From NCBI GenBank assembly GCA_947631915.1, contig CANRNC010000002.1:56628-120627 (forward strand): a stretch of DNA of 64,000 nucleotides. Direction: 5' to 3'. Within the stretch, counting starts at the first letter, position 1, and each line of letters begins with the position of its first letter. A program made the translations under genes and the position numbers. This document shows positions 52,901-60,447 of the stretch, piece by piece. Below the pieces are notes generated by a model, which saw only the letters and a program-made list of their open reading frames with translations, was not told where the DNA came from and did not search any database. The DNA comes from an uncultured Clostridia bacterium (GTDB taxonomy: Bacteria > Bacillota > Clostridia > TANB77 > CAG-508).

Positions 52901-55655
52901 CATAATAATTAGATACTGTATATGTTCTACTATCAGTTGAACTTATAGTTCCTCCATTTATTATTATAGTACCTTTTTGATTAATATTATTAGACATATT
53001 ATATACTGCTGTTTTTGTTGTATTTATCTCTCCTCCTTGTATAGTTACAGTTCCTGCTCCTACATTATCTATCCCTGAACTTCCATTAATGGTTCCAGCT
53101 TGCATTGTTACATTTCCTGTTGAATAGTTAAGTATTCCATAGCCATTGGTTGAACTTATTGTTCCTCCTGTCATTGTTACAGTTTCTGTTCCTTTATGAT
53201 AAATCCCATAATATCCTACACTTATATTTCCTGATGTTATTGTTATTTCTCCCTCATTTATGTTTTCTATTCCACATACTGAAGAACTTGTTGATGTCGT
53301 CTTTACATTTCCTCCATTTAGTTCAAATGTTCCTTCGTTTTTGATGGCAGTCTTTGATTGGTTTGTTATTGTTCCTCCTGTTAGTTTTAGTTCTGCTCCT
53401 TGTTCATTATGTATCGTGTTATGTGTACTACTTACTATTTGTCCTCCTGTTGTTTCTTCTCCTGTTATACTTGTATCTATTATTTCTAGTTTTCCTTGGT
53501 TTTTTATTACATAGTCTTGTATTGTGTTTGTTAGATTATATCCATTTAAGTTTAATTTTACATTTTTTGTACTGTCTACAGTTATACTTTCATCTTTTGC
53601 TATTTCTGTTATTATATCTATTTGTGTTGCTTCTTCCTGATTTGTTGCTTTTTCTATTGCGTTTTCTAGTTTTACATATCTAGTTCTTCCTATTAATGCT
53701 TCTATTCCTGCTACTTTTTGTAATATGTTTTTAAATATACCTTTTTCGCCCTCTAATTCTGTTAGTGTTGGGTCATATATTATTGGTTTGTCTGTTATTT
53801 CTCCTTGTACTGGTACTTTTCCTTGTATTTGTCCATCATAAAAGTTAAATGCTCCCCCATTATTTAGCACGCCCTTTAGTCTCCCTTTTATTAATGGGGC
53901 TTCTTTATCTGGTACTTCTGTTAGTAATTCTCCATCTTTGCCTAGCGTTACTGTTCCTCCTTCTTCTACTTGAATTCCTACAAAGTTTACACTATTTACT
54001 GTTCCTGTACATGGAGTACTTTCATCACCTTCTGTTTTGCTGGTGTAATTTCTTGCCTGTAACGCTTGTAATTTTTCTTGGTCTTTTATGTATTCTGTCA
54101 TATCGTATTTATCATCTACAATGTTTAAGTTTCCACTTTCTACTTTTATGGTTGGTTCTTGTAGTTTTGATGTTATGGTATATCCGTTTAAGTCTAGTAA
54201 TATGTTTTTGTTTGATATTTTTGTTGAATCATTTGCTACATCTGCTACCATTTGTACTACTACTTGTTCATCTTCTTCTGCTGTTACTTCTTTTTCCTCT
54301 AGTGCTTCCATTAGTTCTTGTAGTGTGTAGTATTCTTTTCCTATTAGGTCGTTTGCTTTTTCTGGTGCTGATAGTATTATTGCTACTATATGTTTTTCTG
54401 CTTCTTGTATTCCTGTTACTGTGATTTCCTTATGGTCTGTGTTTCCTGCTTTGTCTGATACCCATGCATAATATGTTCCGTTTTTGGTTATTCCTCCTAT
54501 TTCTGTTGCTATTGGTTCTTGTATACTAGATGTGCTTGACTCTACATCTGCTTCTACATCATTTTCTTCTTCATCGTTTACTGGTACAAAGTCTGTTGGT
54601 TCTTGTTCTGTTGTTGTTATGGCATATCCATATACCCCTGATTTTCCGTATTCTTGTGTTTCTTCTTGGTCTTGCATGCTTATGGATACTGTTACTTCGT
54701 CTTTAGCATCATTTAGTTGTGGATCTTCTACTGTTATGCTTGGTTTTAGTTTGTCTATGTTGTTTATGGTTAGGGTATTTATACTGCTATAACCTCCATC
54801 TTTATATTTTGATTTTGAGTATAATTTTCCGTTTTTTTCTAGTTTTATGCCTTCTTCCTCGTTATATAGTTGCCATTCTAATTCTTCGGGCGCATTGGTT
54901 TCATCTCTTTCGTCAGTCATAGTGCTAGTTGTAGCAACAGCATCGTTGTATACTATTGCATAGTATATTTCTACATCTTTGTTTCCTTTGATTTTTATTT
55001 TTCCATCGGCTTCTTCTTCATATGCAAATATTGCTACCTTTTCTTCTGAGCCTTCTGTTGTTGTTTCTGTTGGTTCTGGATGATCAAGGCTCTCTACTTC
55101 ATTATCTTTGGTTATTTCTTTTACATATGCTTCTAGTTCTCCTTGTTCTTGTGCGTCTACTGTTATTGTTGCTTTTTTGAAGGTTTGTTCATAATTTTCT
55201 GGAGTTTCTTTATTTTCGATTTCTATGTCGTAGCTTTTTCCTTCTTCTATTCCTTCAATGTGTAATTTTATTCCTTCTTCTGGGACTTCTATGCCTTCTT
55301 CTGTTCCTTCAGTTATTGGGTCATTGTTTTTTATATTATATAGCTTAATAGTTAATCCTTCACTTTTAGGTTTTATCGTTATTTTATTACCAGCTAAATT
55401 AGTGTCTGTTCTTGCGTTTAGCTCGTTTAATATCATGTATATGCTGTATTTTTTTACTTCTTCTACTTGAGCTGTTTCTGCTTGTAGTTGTTGGCTGTTT
55501 ATTCTAGCGATTTCTGCATTTTTAGTACATACTAATGTTACGGTTGTTATTATTGCTATTAGTATTAACATTATTATGCATGTTGTGATTACAACGGGCA
55601 CATTGCAATGTCCCCCTACAGATTTGTTTTTAATTTTTCTTTCGTTTGGTTTCAT
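43926..55655 (-). CDS. Giant (~3900 aa) cell-surface protein, paralogue of 9118-19629
   Basis: Same architecture: N-terminal TM, GIYN beta-helix repeats, DUF11-like GDKIKYTIHVEN.G..AQNV.VKD.VP, MucBP-like domains, SIKTG + TM + basic tail. ATG 55655 behind GGAGG. Confidence 0.85.
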   Translation of the reverse strand: MKPNERKIKNKSVGGHCNVPVVITTCIIMLILIAIITTVTLVCTKNAEIARINSQQLQAETAQVEEVKKYSIYMILNELNARTDTNLAGNKITIKPKSEGLTIKLYNIKNNDPITEGTEEGIEVPEEGIKLHIEGIEEGKSYDIEIENKETPENYEQTFKKATITVDAQEQGELEAYVKEITKDNEVESLDHPEPTETTTEGSEEKVAIFAYEEEADGKIKIKGNKDVEIYYAIVYNDAVATTSTMTDERDETNAPEELEWQLYNEEEGIKLEKNGKLYSKSKYKDGGYSSINTLTINNIDKLKPSITVEDPQLNDAKDEVTVSISMQDQEETQEYGKSGVYGYAITTTEQEPTDFVPVNDEEENDVEADVESSTSSIQEPIATEIGGITKNGTYYAWVSDKAGNTDHKEITVTGIQEAEKHIVAIILSAPEKANDLIGKEYYTLQELMEALEEKEVTAEEDEQVVVQMVADVANDSTKISNKNILLDLNGYTITSKLQEPTIKVESGNLNIVDDKYDMTEYIKDQEKLQALQARNYTSKTEGDESTPCTGTVNSVNFVGIQVEEGGTVTLGKDGELLTEVPDKEAPLIKGRLKGVLNNGGAFNFYDGQIQGKVPVQGEITDKPIIYDPTLTELEGEKGIFKNILQKVAGIEALIGRTRYVKLENAIEKATNQEEATQIDIITEIAKDESITVDSTKNVKLNLNGYNLTNTIQDYVIKNQGKLEIIDTSITGEETTGGQIVSSTHNTIHNEQGAELKLTGGTITNQSKTAIKNEGTFELNGGNVKTTSTSSSVCGIENINEGEITITSGNISVGYYGIYHKGTETVTMTGGTISSTNGYGILNYSTGNVTMQAGTINGSSGIDNVGAGTVTIQGGEINTTKTAVYNMSNNINQKGTIIINGGTISSTDSRTYTVSNYYGTITIDEADITSTYYGIYNNSSGNMKITDTTISGGSSGIYNNGTIEVEGGSISETRKGVYNSGTDSKTTIKGTTITATERGIDNSDRATSGGEVTLEDVNINVTNGSDAYGIYNYGIGTINLRSGTIKVDTTSTSWSAYGVYNNSTGTINIGEKNEEQEYLEVALVSEDVHDNSINITASVTTTAGKASSAKSYGVYNPSGTLNFYKGTIVGGTEAIQGTINEVKEGYNIELGDIEKGEQATLEHQTGIAYIEGNQDELYDDLQSAINACSTEQKTIVLAKNSTMIVGKTIAENQNITLSLNGKSIKTYATDSAITNNGQLTIKDETEEGQISGYSSTILNNEANGTLRIESSSIIANGMNATCITNKGTIETEGGKLSSTALTNTSYTYGINNIDNGNVTINNISISACTYGIYNTGTENITIKNGTIDGTGGSGTIYGIYNEGTGNIIIQGGTISNYKYGIYNKVTGEIKVEGGNVSSIPGSDVYGIYNKGEGTIIVTNGNIKVTGYNVGWGSAYGYVIYNEGTGSAILKGGTITAEGSGYRYGIYNKGTGTITIESGDIKCSEISNSGTMSMTGGTITGGISNSGTVTITGGSISGSSYGIKNSNATGKITLGEKNGEVNTDAPVIECTSSGSYGIDNSQNGIFNFYDGRIIGRENKSINGAVSDKEEEYSIVKYTHEQAGKYEVEEGKEISVLEVVNVAKVSSSTIEDTEYTSLPKALEAITGEEETTITLLANVSIGENIEPLEIENGKNIILDLAGYTITASNENVIENNGHLTVKDSSKIETEVGTGTIIGSKGAIILNNESGTLKIESGIITLTSEGKAIENNGELQTTGGTINLTNSATNGQYSYGIYNKGNSSITSTTINGTGTRGYYCGIWNEENGSMTVKEGNISLKVGGNAAYGIYHNGANDITIENEEVFSQAYDAYGIYNNGAGKIIVNGGNINAVKRSNFGSYGIYNNSTGDIEINNEAKIGNSSNKLYYGIYNNEAGNIVIKNGEIVASTGIENVSGGSITIENGKISGDYYGIYNRGIGNISITGGTITANQSSSSCYAIYNSSSGTITIEEGEIKAVSNSLSYGINNTEGGTIIIKGGTITSEMTNTSATSTSIVSYGIYNNKGNIQIEGGKISGKSTKTDLKSCGIYNNIGTIEIGKKNEEIDELNITGGTTGLNNAVGTLKYYEGTITGGTEAIVGVINEVKENSDIVLTKVEEGEQAKLGNQDDIAYIDGKETHYNTLQSAIDACNGGETIFINKDITLVRTTTVENGKNITLNLNGKKILSFVTENTITNNGTLTIIDETEDEGKGQIIAYGSNILNNETEGTLTLKTDILSNNPTSCIENKGTLEINGGNINIENTASGSSSEYRNIYGIHNTESGTMTFKSGSININNTNGSNVKRYGIYNDGTGTIIMKEGNISETGSYTYGIYNNVEGKVNVEGGTISGEYGIYNNNSGTITIEGGDISSSNSAIYNKSTGTVEIREGSVISSSSTTISNGSTGTINITGSTITSNYYAISNSKGTVNISAGNISSTSTSSSAISNSSNGILTITGGTITSKGTSTSYGTISNSATATILGGTITSENGIGISNGRTLTIGNNEGEVNIDSPVITGKTYGVSNSGTFNFYDGVIKGETSAISGQISDKPYSYKLKYENSMKTATLELDSEFEGLIQVENIYYDKLSTAISVISNMDNKTGTIKICQDISNMSEEVTIPAGANITLALQGHTIEYKNTEVAITNSGILTIIDFEETDASSSSTTSTIKNANGTVIQNNGTLTIGQENNPNSESPVIEGQTAIGGSSATKRSGKLIGTIPDGMSAYRTSVMSLEDGGELVLSLEPETTPSEKDWTKENVGVGIQADIIPTLELYSTMDMPPLSSTKTAVVERRQVEGLEEESITESKLETEQVTAGDKIKYTIHVENKGEIEAQNVIVKDEVPQGTKVVEIGNDGEEVDGEITWTIPQIAVEGSAEVSFTVEVKYAQKDYTIENKATVEEAETNKTQNEYKKPQAQLTSELTKTGPETITSKEENVDYQIQFNAKINYFQGKAKVTLVDTLPLPIDEDNSDLGEEEYEYDPEKHTITWEEEIQDIDTFSNWQEHTITITKQISVKYDYTGIANIKEPIVNNVSSTIELLEEDEEIPDQTETVKTEEKTTQKETTIQIPAEVIVHHYIYNEEAERDEDKYTEVELVEKETKKGIVGESYTASPLSEIPANYTCVDPAEKTGTYGEEPIEVKYYYKLTKPTVENEIEKTVEANIVDEEGQAVLTKENGEVEYTIECDVKIKDYIGKATIEIVDTLPAEIDESKLEKDEGTYNPEDNTITWTQEIEDINTFTKTVGKVGDPQENIGEFEEDTYVVHITKQIKVVYTNQEGTEELVNKVKGTTKTYYPEKYIEEQAGQEFVTAEKQDEVTLKQDYRETDLKVKIRKTGTEEITSKGDKVNYKIDFNSEISNYTGEGRIEIVDTLPYEIDKNASKLAGGTYDEATNTITWEEEIKQINTDTGENKNETSIGEMQEGENGKVFAIGISKEIEVVYKDIDLTQEKMINTVKGKVELDETEETDEATASFETKINVEGKVIIRYVDKDTGKYITQEKQEIVGKVGSTYNAEIKEIEGYEYIDEGKATGTIEEGEKEIKLNYKKEETEPEVTEGTVTVKYQDKEGNKIEEDKIIKGKIGESYKTEEIEIENYKLVEVKGKEEGTIKEEETVVIYVYEKLETGKIVVRYVDQDTEKDIEKINPEDSTITNYTYEITGNIGEEYETEQKEIPYYIYVRSTENTKGTIKEGEDEVIYYYRKQKFNFSIEKTLEKVTVNGKEVKIKDNQLAKIEIKPSEIENTSIIADYKIKVTNEGELSGTVKVVDKLPEGYKALIVPDYWKENGDGTLEAEVELEIGESKELTVTLIWENSEENLGSKSNKAELKEGINEANYKDISKEDDKSEATIVISIKTGETVSIIILVMLTISYIISGYLMFAVAPRKGKEPSIKDIKFLNK

Positions 55656-55938
55656 AGATTTTCCCTCCAAAAAGTTATGTTTATTATTAATTTTTATATA
55701 ATAATTTTAATATATATAAATATAAAATAAAATGGAGGTTTTTGTTAATAATAAAAGATTTCCGCATTTTTGTTTGCGGAAATTTATGGTTTGTTTGTTT
55801 ATTTTTTATTAGTTAAATTTTATGAACATTTTTGTATTTTTTTGTCGATTTTGTTACGGAAATAAGTCTTTTGAGATTATATGTTGATATTTGTTATGTT
55901 ATATTTTATAGCATTACAACTATTAGTTTATATAATAT

Positions 55939-55968
55939 AAAATGAGTTACTTTTAAGTAACTCATTTT
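55939..55968. terminator. Near-perfect palindrome downstream of the Rpn fragment
   Basis: AAAATGAGTTACTT-TT-AAGTAACTCATTTT. Confidence 0.6.
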
Positions 55969-55998
55969 AATTTAATATTCAAATTATATTTTGATTTA

Positions 55999-56430
55999 TT
56001 ATTTCAATTTTTCTATCTCTTCTTTAGTTAGTCCTGTGCATTTTACAACTATTTCTATTGATATATTTTGTTTTAATAAATTTTTCGCAATTTTTATTGC
56101 TTTTTCTTTTTCGCCTTGTTGTATTCCTTCTTTTATCCCTTGTTGTATTCCTTCTTCTAGACCTTCATAATATCCTGCTGCCTTTATTGCTTTTTTATCC
56201 ATTTCGTATAATTCTCTTTTGAATGCTAATTCTTGCTCATGTTCATCTAAACTTATTTGCTCTAATAGTTCTTGGGCTTCTTTTAATCCTTCATTTTCTT
56301 CTACTTCTCTCATTACTATCTCCTCCGGTTTATCTATGAATTTTACCCATGTATCTAGTTTCTTATTCCTTCCTGCATATCTTCTATACTTTGGTATCTC
56401 TATTATAGCAATATCTAGCTTTTTAGTCAA
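55999..56430 (-). pseudogene. C-terminal part of an Rpn/PD-(D/E)XK transposase-like protein (nuclease N-terminus absent)
   Basis: IIEIPK...LDTWVKFI, GLEEGIQQGIKEGIQQGEKEK repeats, IAKNLL...TGLTKEEIEKL tail; in-frame stop 12 codons upstream of the TTG. Confidence 0.7.
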
Positions 56431-56477
56431 TATGTAATTTTCTATATTAACATACTTGTTTTTAATTTAATTTTTTA

Positions 56478-56758
56478 GGGCACATGCAATCAGTAAATTT
56501 TGCTATGCAAAATTTCCAAGCATTTATTGCAAAAATAAGAAGATAAAATTTTTTTATCTTCTTACTTTTGCTCATTTTGACGTGCCCCTACAATTTTATA
56601 TTATTTTTATTTCAAAGACAGTTTTATATTATTTTTTTCAAAGTTGGTGAATAGTATTACTATTACTTTTTTGGATTTTAAATAGTCTATAGCAAAAATA
56701 AGGAGATAAAATTTTATTTTATCTCCTTATTTTGGGCTCATTTCGATGTGCCACTACA
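56478..56758 (-). repeat. REP interrupted by a ~90-nt double-hairpin insert (56478-56592) and a second partial copy (56692-56758)
   Basis: GGGCACATGCAAT [insert] GTGCCCCTACA; both copies share GCAAAAATAAGRAGATAAAA..TTTTATCTYCTTA..GCTCATTTYGAYGTGCC.CTACA. Confidence 0.8.
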
Positions 56759-56763
56759 AATAA

Positions 56764-59700
56764 TTATATTGTTTCTTGTATAGATGAACTAATTTCCTCT
56801 GAAACTTCTCCATCATTTTCTGTGTTTATTTCTATGTCTTTGTATATTGGAAGTCCTGTTCCTGCTGGTATTAATTTACCTATTATAACATTTTCTTTTA
56901 ATCCTATTAATGGATCTACTTTTCCTTTTATTGCAGCTTCTGTTAATACTTTTGTTGTCTCTTGGAATGAAGCAGCTGATAAGAAACTTTCTGTTGCAAG
57001 AGATGCCTTTGTAATTCCAAGTAATACTCTCTTTCCTGTAGCTTGTTGTTTTTTCTCTGCTTTCATTCTTTCATTTTCTTCTGCAAATTCATACATATCA
57101 ACAAGTGATCCTGCAAAGAATGTTGTATCTCCTGGATTTTCAACTTTTACTCTCTTAATCATTTGACGTCCAATAACTTCAATGTGTTTATCGTTAATAT
57201 CAACACCTTGGTTTCTATAAACTTTTTGAACTTCTTGTATTAGGTATTCATAAACACCTTTTGGTCCATTGATTAATAAGATTTCATTTGGATTTATTGA
57301 ACCTTCTGTAATTGGTTCACCTGCTTTTAACTCTTGACCTTCTTTTACTTTAAGTTTTGCACCGAATGGTATCATATATTTTTTAGCTTCGTCTTTTCCT
57401 ACTATTGTTACTTCCTTCTTGTTTCCTTCATCAGATATTTTTACTGTTCCTGATATTTCTGTTATTATAGCAATTCCCTTTGGTTTTCTAGCTTCGAATA
57501 ATTCTTCAACTCTTGGAAGACCTTGTGTAATATCTCCTCCTGCGACACCACCTTGGTGGAATGTACGCATTGTTAATTGTGTACCAGGTTCACCGATTGA
57601 TTGTGCGGCTATAATTCCTACTGCTTCTCCTATGTTTACTGGTTCACGAGTTGCAAGTCCCATACCATAACATTTAGAACATACACCATGTTTTGTTCTA
57701 CAAGTTAATGGTGAACGAACTTCTGTCTTTGTAATTCCTGCATCAACTATTTTTTTAGCAACTGCTGGAGTTATCATAACATCTTTAGGTGCTATGACTT
57801 CTTTTGTCTCTGGATTTACTATGTCATGTAATGGATATCTTCCTTCTAGTCTTTCTTGTAATTTTTCTATTATTTGATTTCCATCTTTGATATCTTCTAT
57901 TTCAATTCCTTCTGTTGTACCACAATCTTCTTCTCTTACAATTATATCTTGTGATACATCAACTAATCTTCTTGTTAAGTATCCAGAGTCTGCTGTTCTT
58001 AATGCTGTATCTGTTAATCCCTTTCTAGCACCATGTGATGATATGAAGTATTCTAGTGGTCCTAATCCTTCACGGAAACATGATTTGATTGGGATTTCAA
58101 CTGTTTTTCCTGTTGTACTAGCCATAAGTCCACGCATACCAGCGATTTGTCTTAATTGGTTCATGTTACCTCTGGCTCCTGATTCAGCCATCATGTATAT
58201 TGGGTTTAATGTGTCAAAGTTATTTTTCATCGCTTCTGTTACATCATCTATTGCTTTTTCCCAAATTTTAATTACAGATGTATATCTTTCATCGTTTGTA
58301 ATTAAACCACGTTTATAGTGTTTTGTAATTTCATCTACATCTTTTTCTGCTTTTTCTAATATTTCTTTTTTTGCTTCTGGAACTTTAACATCTGAAACTG
58401 AAACTGTTATAGCTCCTTTTGTTGAATATTTATAACCAAGAGCTTTAATGTAGTCCAGTACTTCTGCTGCTTCATTTAGTCCATGTACATCTATACATTT
58501 TGCAATGATTGTTCCTAAATTTTTCTTTATAACAGGAAAGTCTATTTCTAATTGGAACATTCCATCTTCTGTAGTTCTATCTACAAATCCTAAATCTTGT
58601 GGTATTCCTTGATTGTAGATTACTCTACCTACTGTTGTTTGAATTGTTTTTGTTTTAATTTCTCCATCTATTTCTTTGCTTATTCTAATAGATATTTTTG
58701 CATGTAAGCCTAAATCTCCATTTTGATATGCAAGTAGTGCTTCATCTGTGTCTTTAAAGTACATTCCTTCACCTTGCTCACCATCAACTTGCATTGTTAA
58801 ATAGTAACTTCCTAATATCATGTCTTGTGTAGGTACAGTTACTGGTTTACCATCTTGTGGCTTTAATAGGTTGTTTACTGATAACATTAGGTATCTTGCT
58901 TCTGCTTGAGCTTCTGGAGATAATGGAACGTGAATAGCCATTTGGTCTCCGTCGAAGTCAGCGTTGAATGCTGTACATACTAATGGGTGTAACTTTAATG
59001 CTCTTCCTTCTACTAATACTGGTTCAAATGCTTGAATACCAAGTCTGTGTAGTGTAGGAGCACGGTTTAACATAACTGGATGGTCTTTTATAACCTCTTC
59101 TAGTATATCCCATACTTCTGGTCTTAATTTTTCTACCATTCTTTTTGCATTTTTAATATTATGTGCAATTCCACGTCCAACTAATTCTTTCATAACAAAT
59201 GGTTTGAATAGTTCGACTGCCATTTCTTTTGGCACACCACATTGATAAATTTTAAGATCTGGACCAACAACGATAACTGAACGTCCAGAGTAGTCAACTC
59301 TCTTTCCTAATAGGTTTTGTCTAAATCTACCTTGTTTTCCTTTTAACATATCTGATAGAGATTTTAATGGTCTGTTTCCAGCTCCTGTAACAGGACGTCC
59401 ACGTCTACCATTATCAATTAGTGCATCTACTGATTCTTGTAACATTCTCTTTTCATTTCTTACAATTATTTCTGGTGCTCCTAATTCTAGTAATCTCTTT
59501 AATCTATTATTTCTATTTATAACTCTTCTATATAGGTCATTTAAGTCAGATGTAGCAAATCTACCACCATCTAGTTGAACCATTGGTCTTATATCAGCTG
59601 GAATTACTGGAATAACGCTCATTACCATCCATTCTGGTCTGTTTTTAGAAATTCTAAATGCTTCTACTGTATCTAGTCTTTTTGCAATTTTAACTTTTCT

Positions 59701-60306
59701 TTGTTCACTTGCTTTTTCTATTTCTTTCTTTAATTTTTGTGATAATTTATCAATATCTATTTCTTCTAAAAGTTTCCTTATTGCTCCTGCACCCATTTCA
59801 GCTTTAAATGAACCTTTACCGTATTTTTCAACAGCTTCTACGTATTCTTTTTCACTTAAAACTTGACATTTCATTAAGTCTGAAGTACCTTTGTCTGTAA
59901 CAATATATGATGCAAAATAGATTACTTTTTCTATGTTTCTTGGAGAAACGTCTAATAATAATGCAATTCTACTTGGTATTCCTTTGAAATACCAGATATG
60001 TGCTACTGGAGCTGCAAGCTCAATGTGTCCCATTCTTTCACGTCTAACTTTTGATTTGGTAACTTCAACACCACATCTATCGCACACTATTCCTTTATAT
60101 CTTACTCTTTTATATTTTCCACAATGGCATTCCCAGTCTTTTACTGGTCCAAATATTCTTTCACAGAATAGACCATCTTTTTCTGGTTTTAATGTTCTGT
60201 AATTAATGGTTTCTGGCTTTTTTACTTCACCTTTTGACCATTCTCTTATTTTTTCATCTGATGCAATTCCGATTTTTATCTTATCAAAAACTTCTAATTC
60301 GTCCAA
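56764..60306 (-). CDS. rpoC: RNA polymerase beta' subunit
   Basis: KPETINYRT, Zn-finger cysteines, [22 protein letters not shown]; TTG start at 60306 behind GGAGGT. Confidence 0.99.
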   Translation of the reverse strand: MDELEVFDKIKIGIASDEKIREWSKGEVKKPETINYRTLKPEKDGLFCERIFGPVKDWECHCGKYKRVRYKGIVCDRCGVEVTKSKVRRERMGHIELAAPVAHIWYFKGIPSRIALLLDVSPRNIEKVIYFASYIVTDKGTSDLMKCQVLSEKEYVEAVEKYGKGSFKAEMGAGAIRKLLEEIDIDKLSQKLKKEIEKASEQRKVKIAKRLDTVEAFRISKNRPEWMVMSVIPVIPADIRPMVQLDGGRFATSDLNDLYRRVINRNNRLKRLLELGAPEIIVRNEKRMLQESVDALIDNGRRGRPVTGAGNRPLKSLSDMLKGKQGRFRQNLLGKRVDYSGRSVIVVGPDLKIYQCGVPKEMAVELFKPFVMKELVGRGIAHNIKNAKRMVEKLRPEVWDILEEVIKDHPVMLNRAPTLHRLGIQAFEPVLVEGRALKLHPLVCTAFNADFDGDQMAIHVPLSPEAQAEARYLMLSVNNLLKPQDGKPVTVPTQDMILGSYYLTMQVDGEQGEGMYFKDTDEALLAYQNGDLGLHAKISIRISKEIDGEIKTKTIQTTVGRVIYNQGIPQDLGFVDRTTEDGMFQLEIDFPVIKKNLGTIIAKCIDVHGLNEAAEVLDYIKALGYKYSTKGAITVSVSDVKVPEAKKEILEKAEKDVDEITKHYKRGLITNDERYTSVIKIWEKAIDDVTEAMKNNFDTLNPIYMMAESGARGNMNQLRQIAGMRGLMASTTGKTVEIPIKSCFREGLGPLEYFISSHGARKGLTDTALRTADSGYLTRRLVDVSQDIIVREEDCGTTEGIEIEDIKDGNQIIEKLQERLEGRYPLHDIVNPETKEVIAPKDVMITPAVAKKIVDAGITKTEVRSPLTCRTKHGVCSKCYGMGLATREPVNIGEAVGIIAAQSIGEPGTQLTMRTFHQGGVAGGDITQGLPRVEELFEARKPKGIAIITEISGTVKISDEGNKKEVTIVGKDEAKKYMIPFGAKLKVKEGQELKAGEPITEGSINPNEILLINGPKGVYEYLIQEVQKVYRNQGVDINDKHIEVIGRQMIKRVKVENPGDTTFFAGSLVDMYEFAEENERMKAEKKQQATGKRVLLGITKASLATESFLSAASFQETTKVLTEAAIKGKVDPLIGLKENVIIGKLIPAGTGLPIYKDIEINTENDGEVSEEISSSIQETI

Positions 60307-60447
60307 TTTTCGAACCTCCAATATTAACCTTCATTCTTTTTCACACTAATTTATCCACATTGTTTTCCACATTAATTACACATTGCACGAACAATTCCCT
60401 TGAGTTAGTAATTAAATGTCAATGTGATTATTTAATTAATTTTATTT

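Noticed and set aside
43897-55470. Plus-strand ORFs overlapping giant gene 2
   Set aside because: Same antisense shadow artefact.
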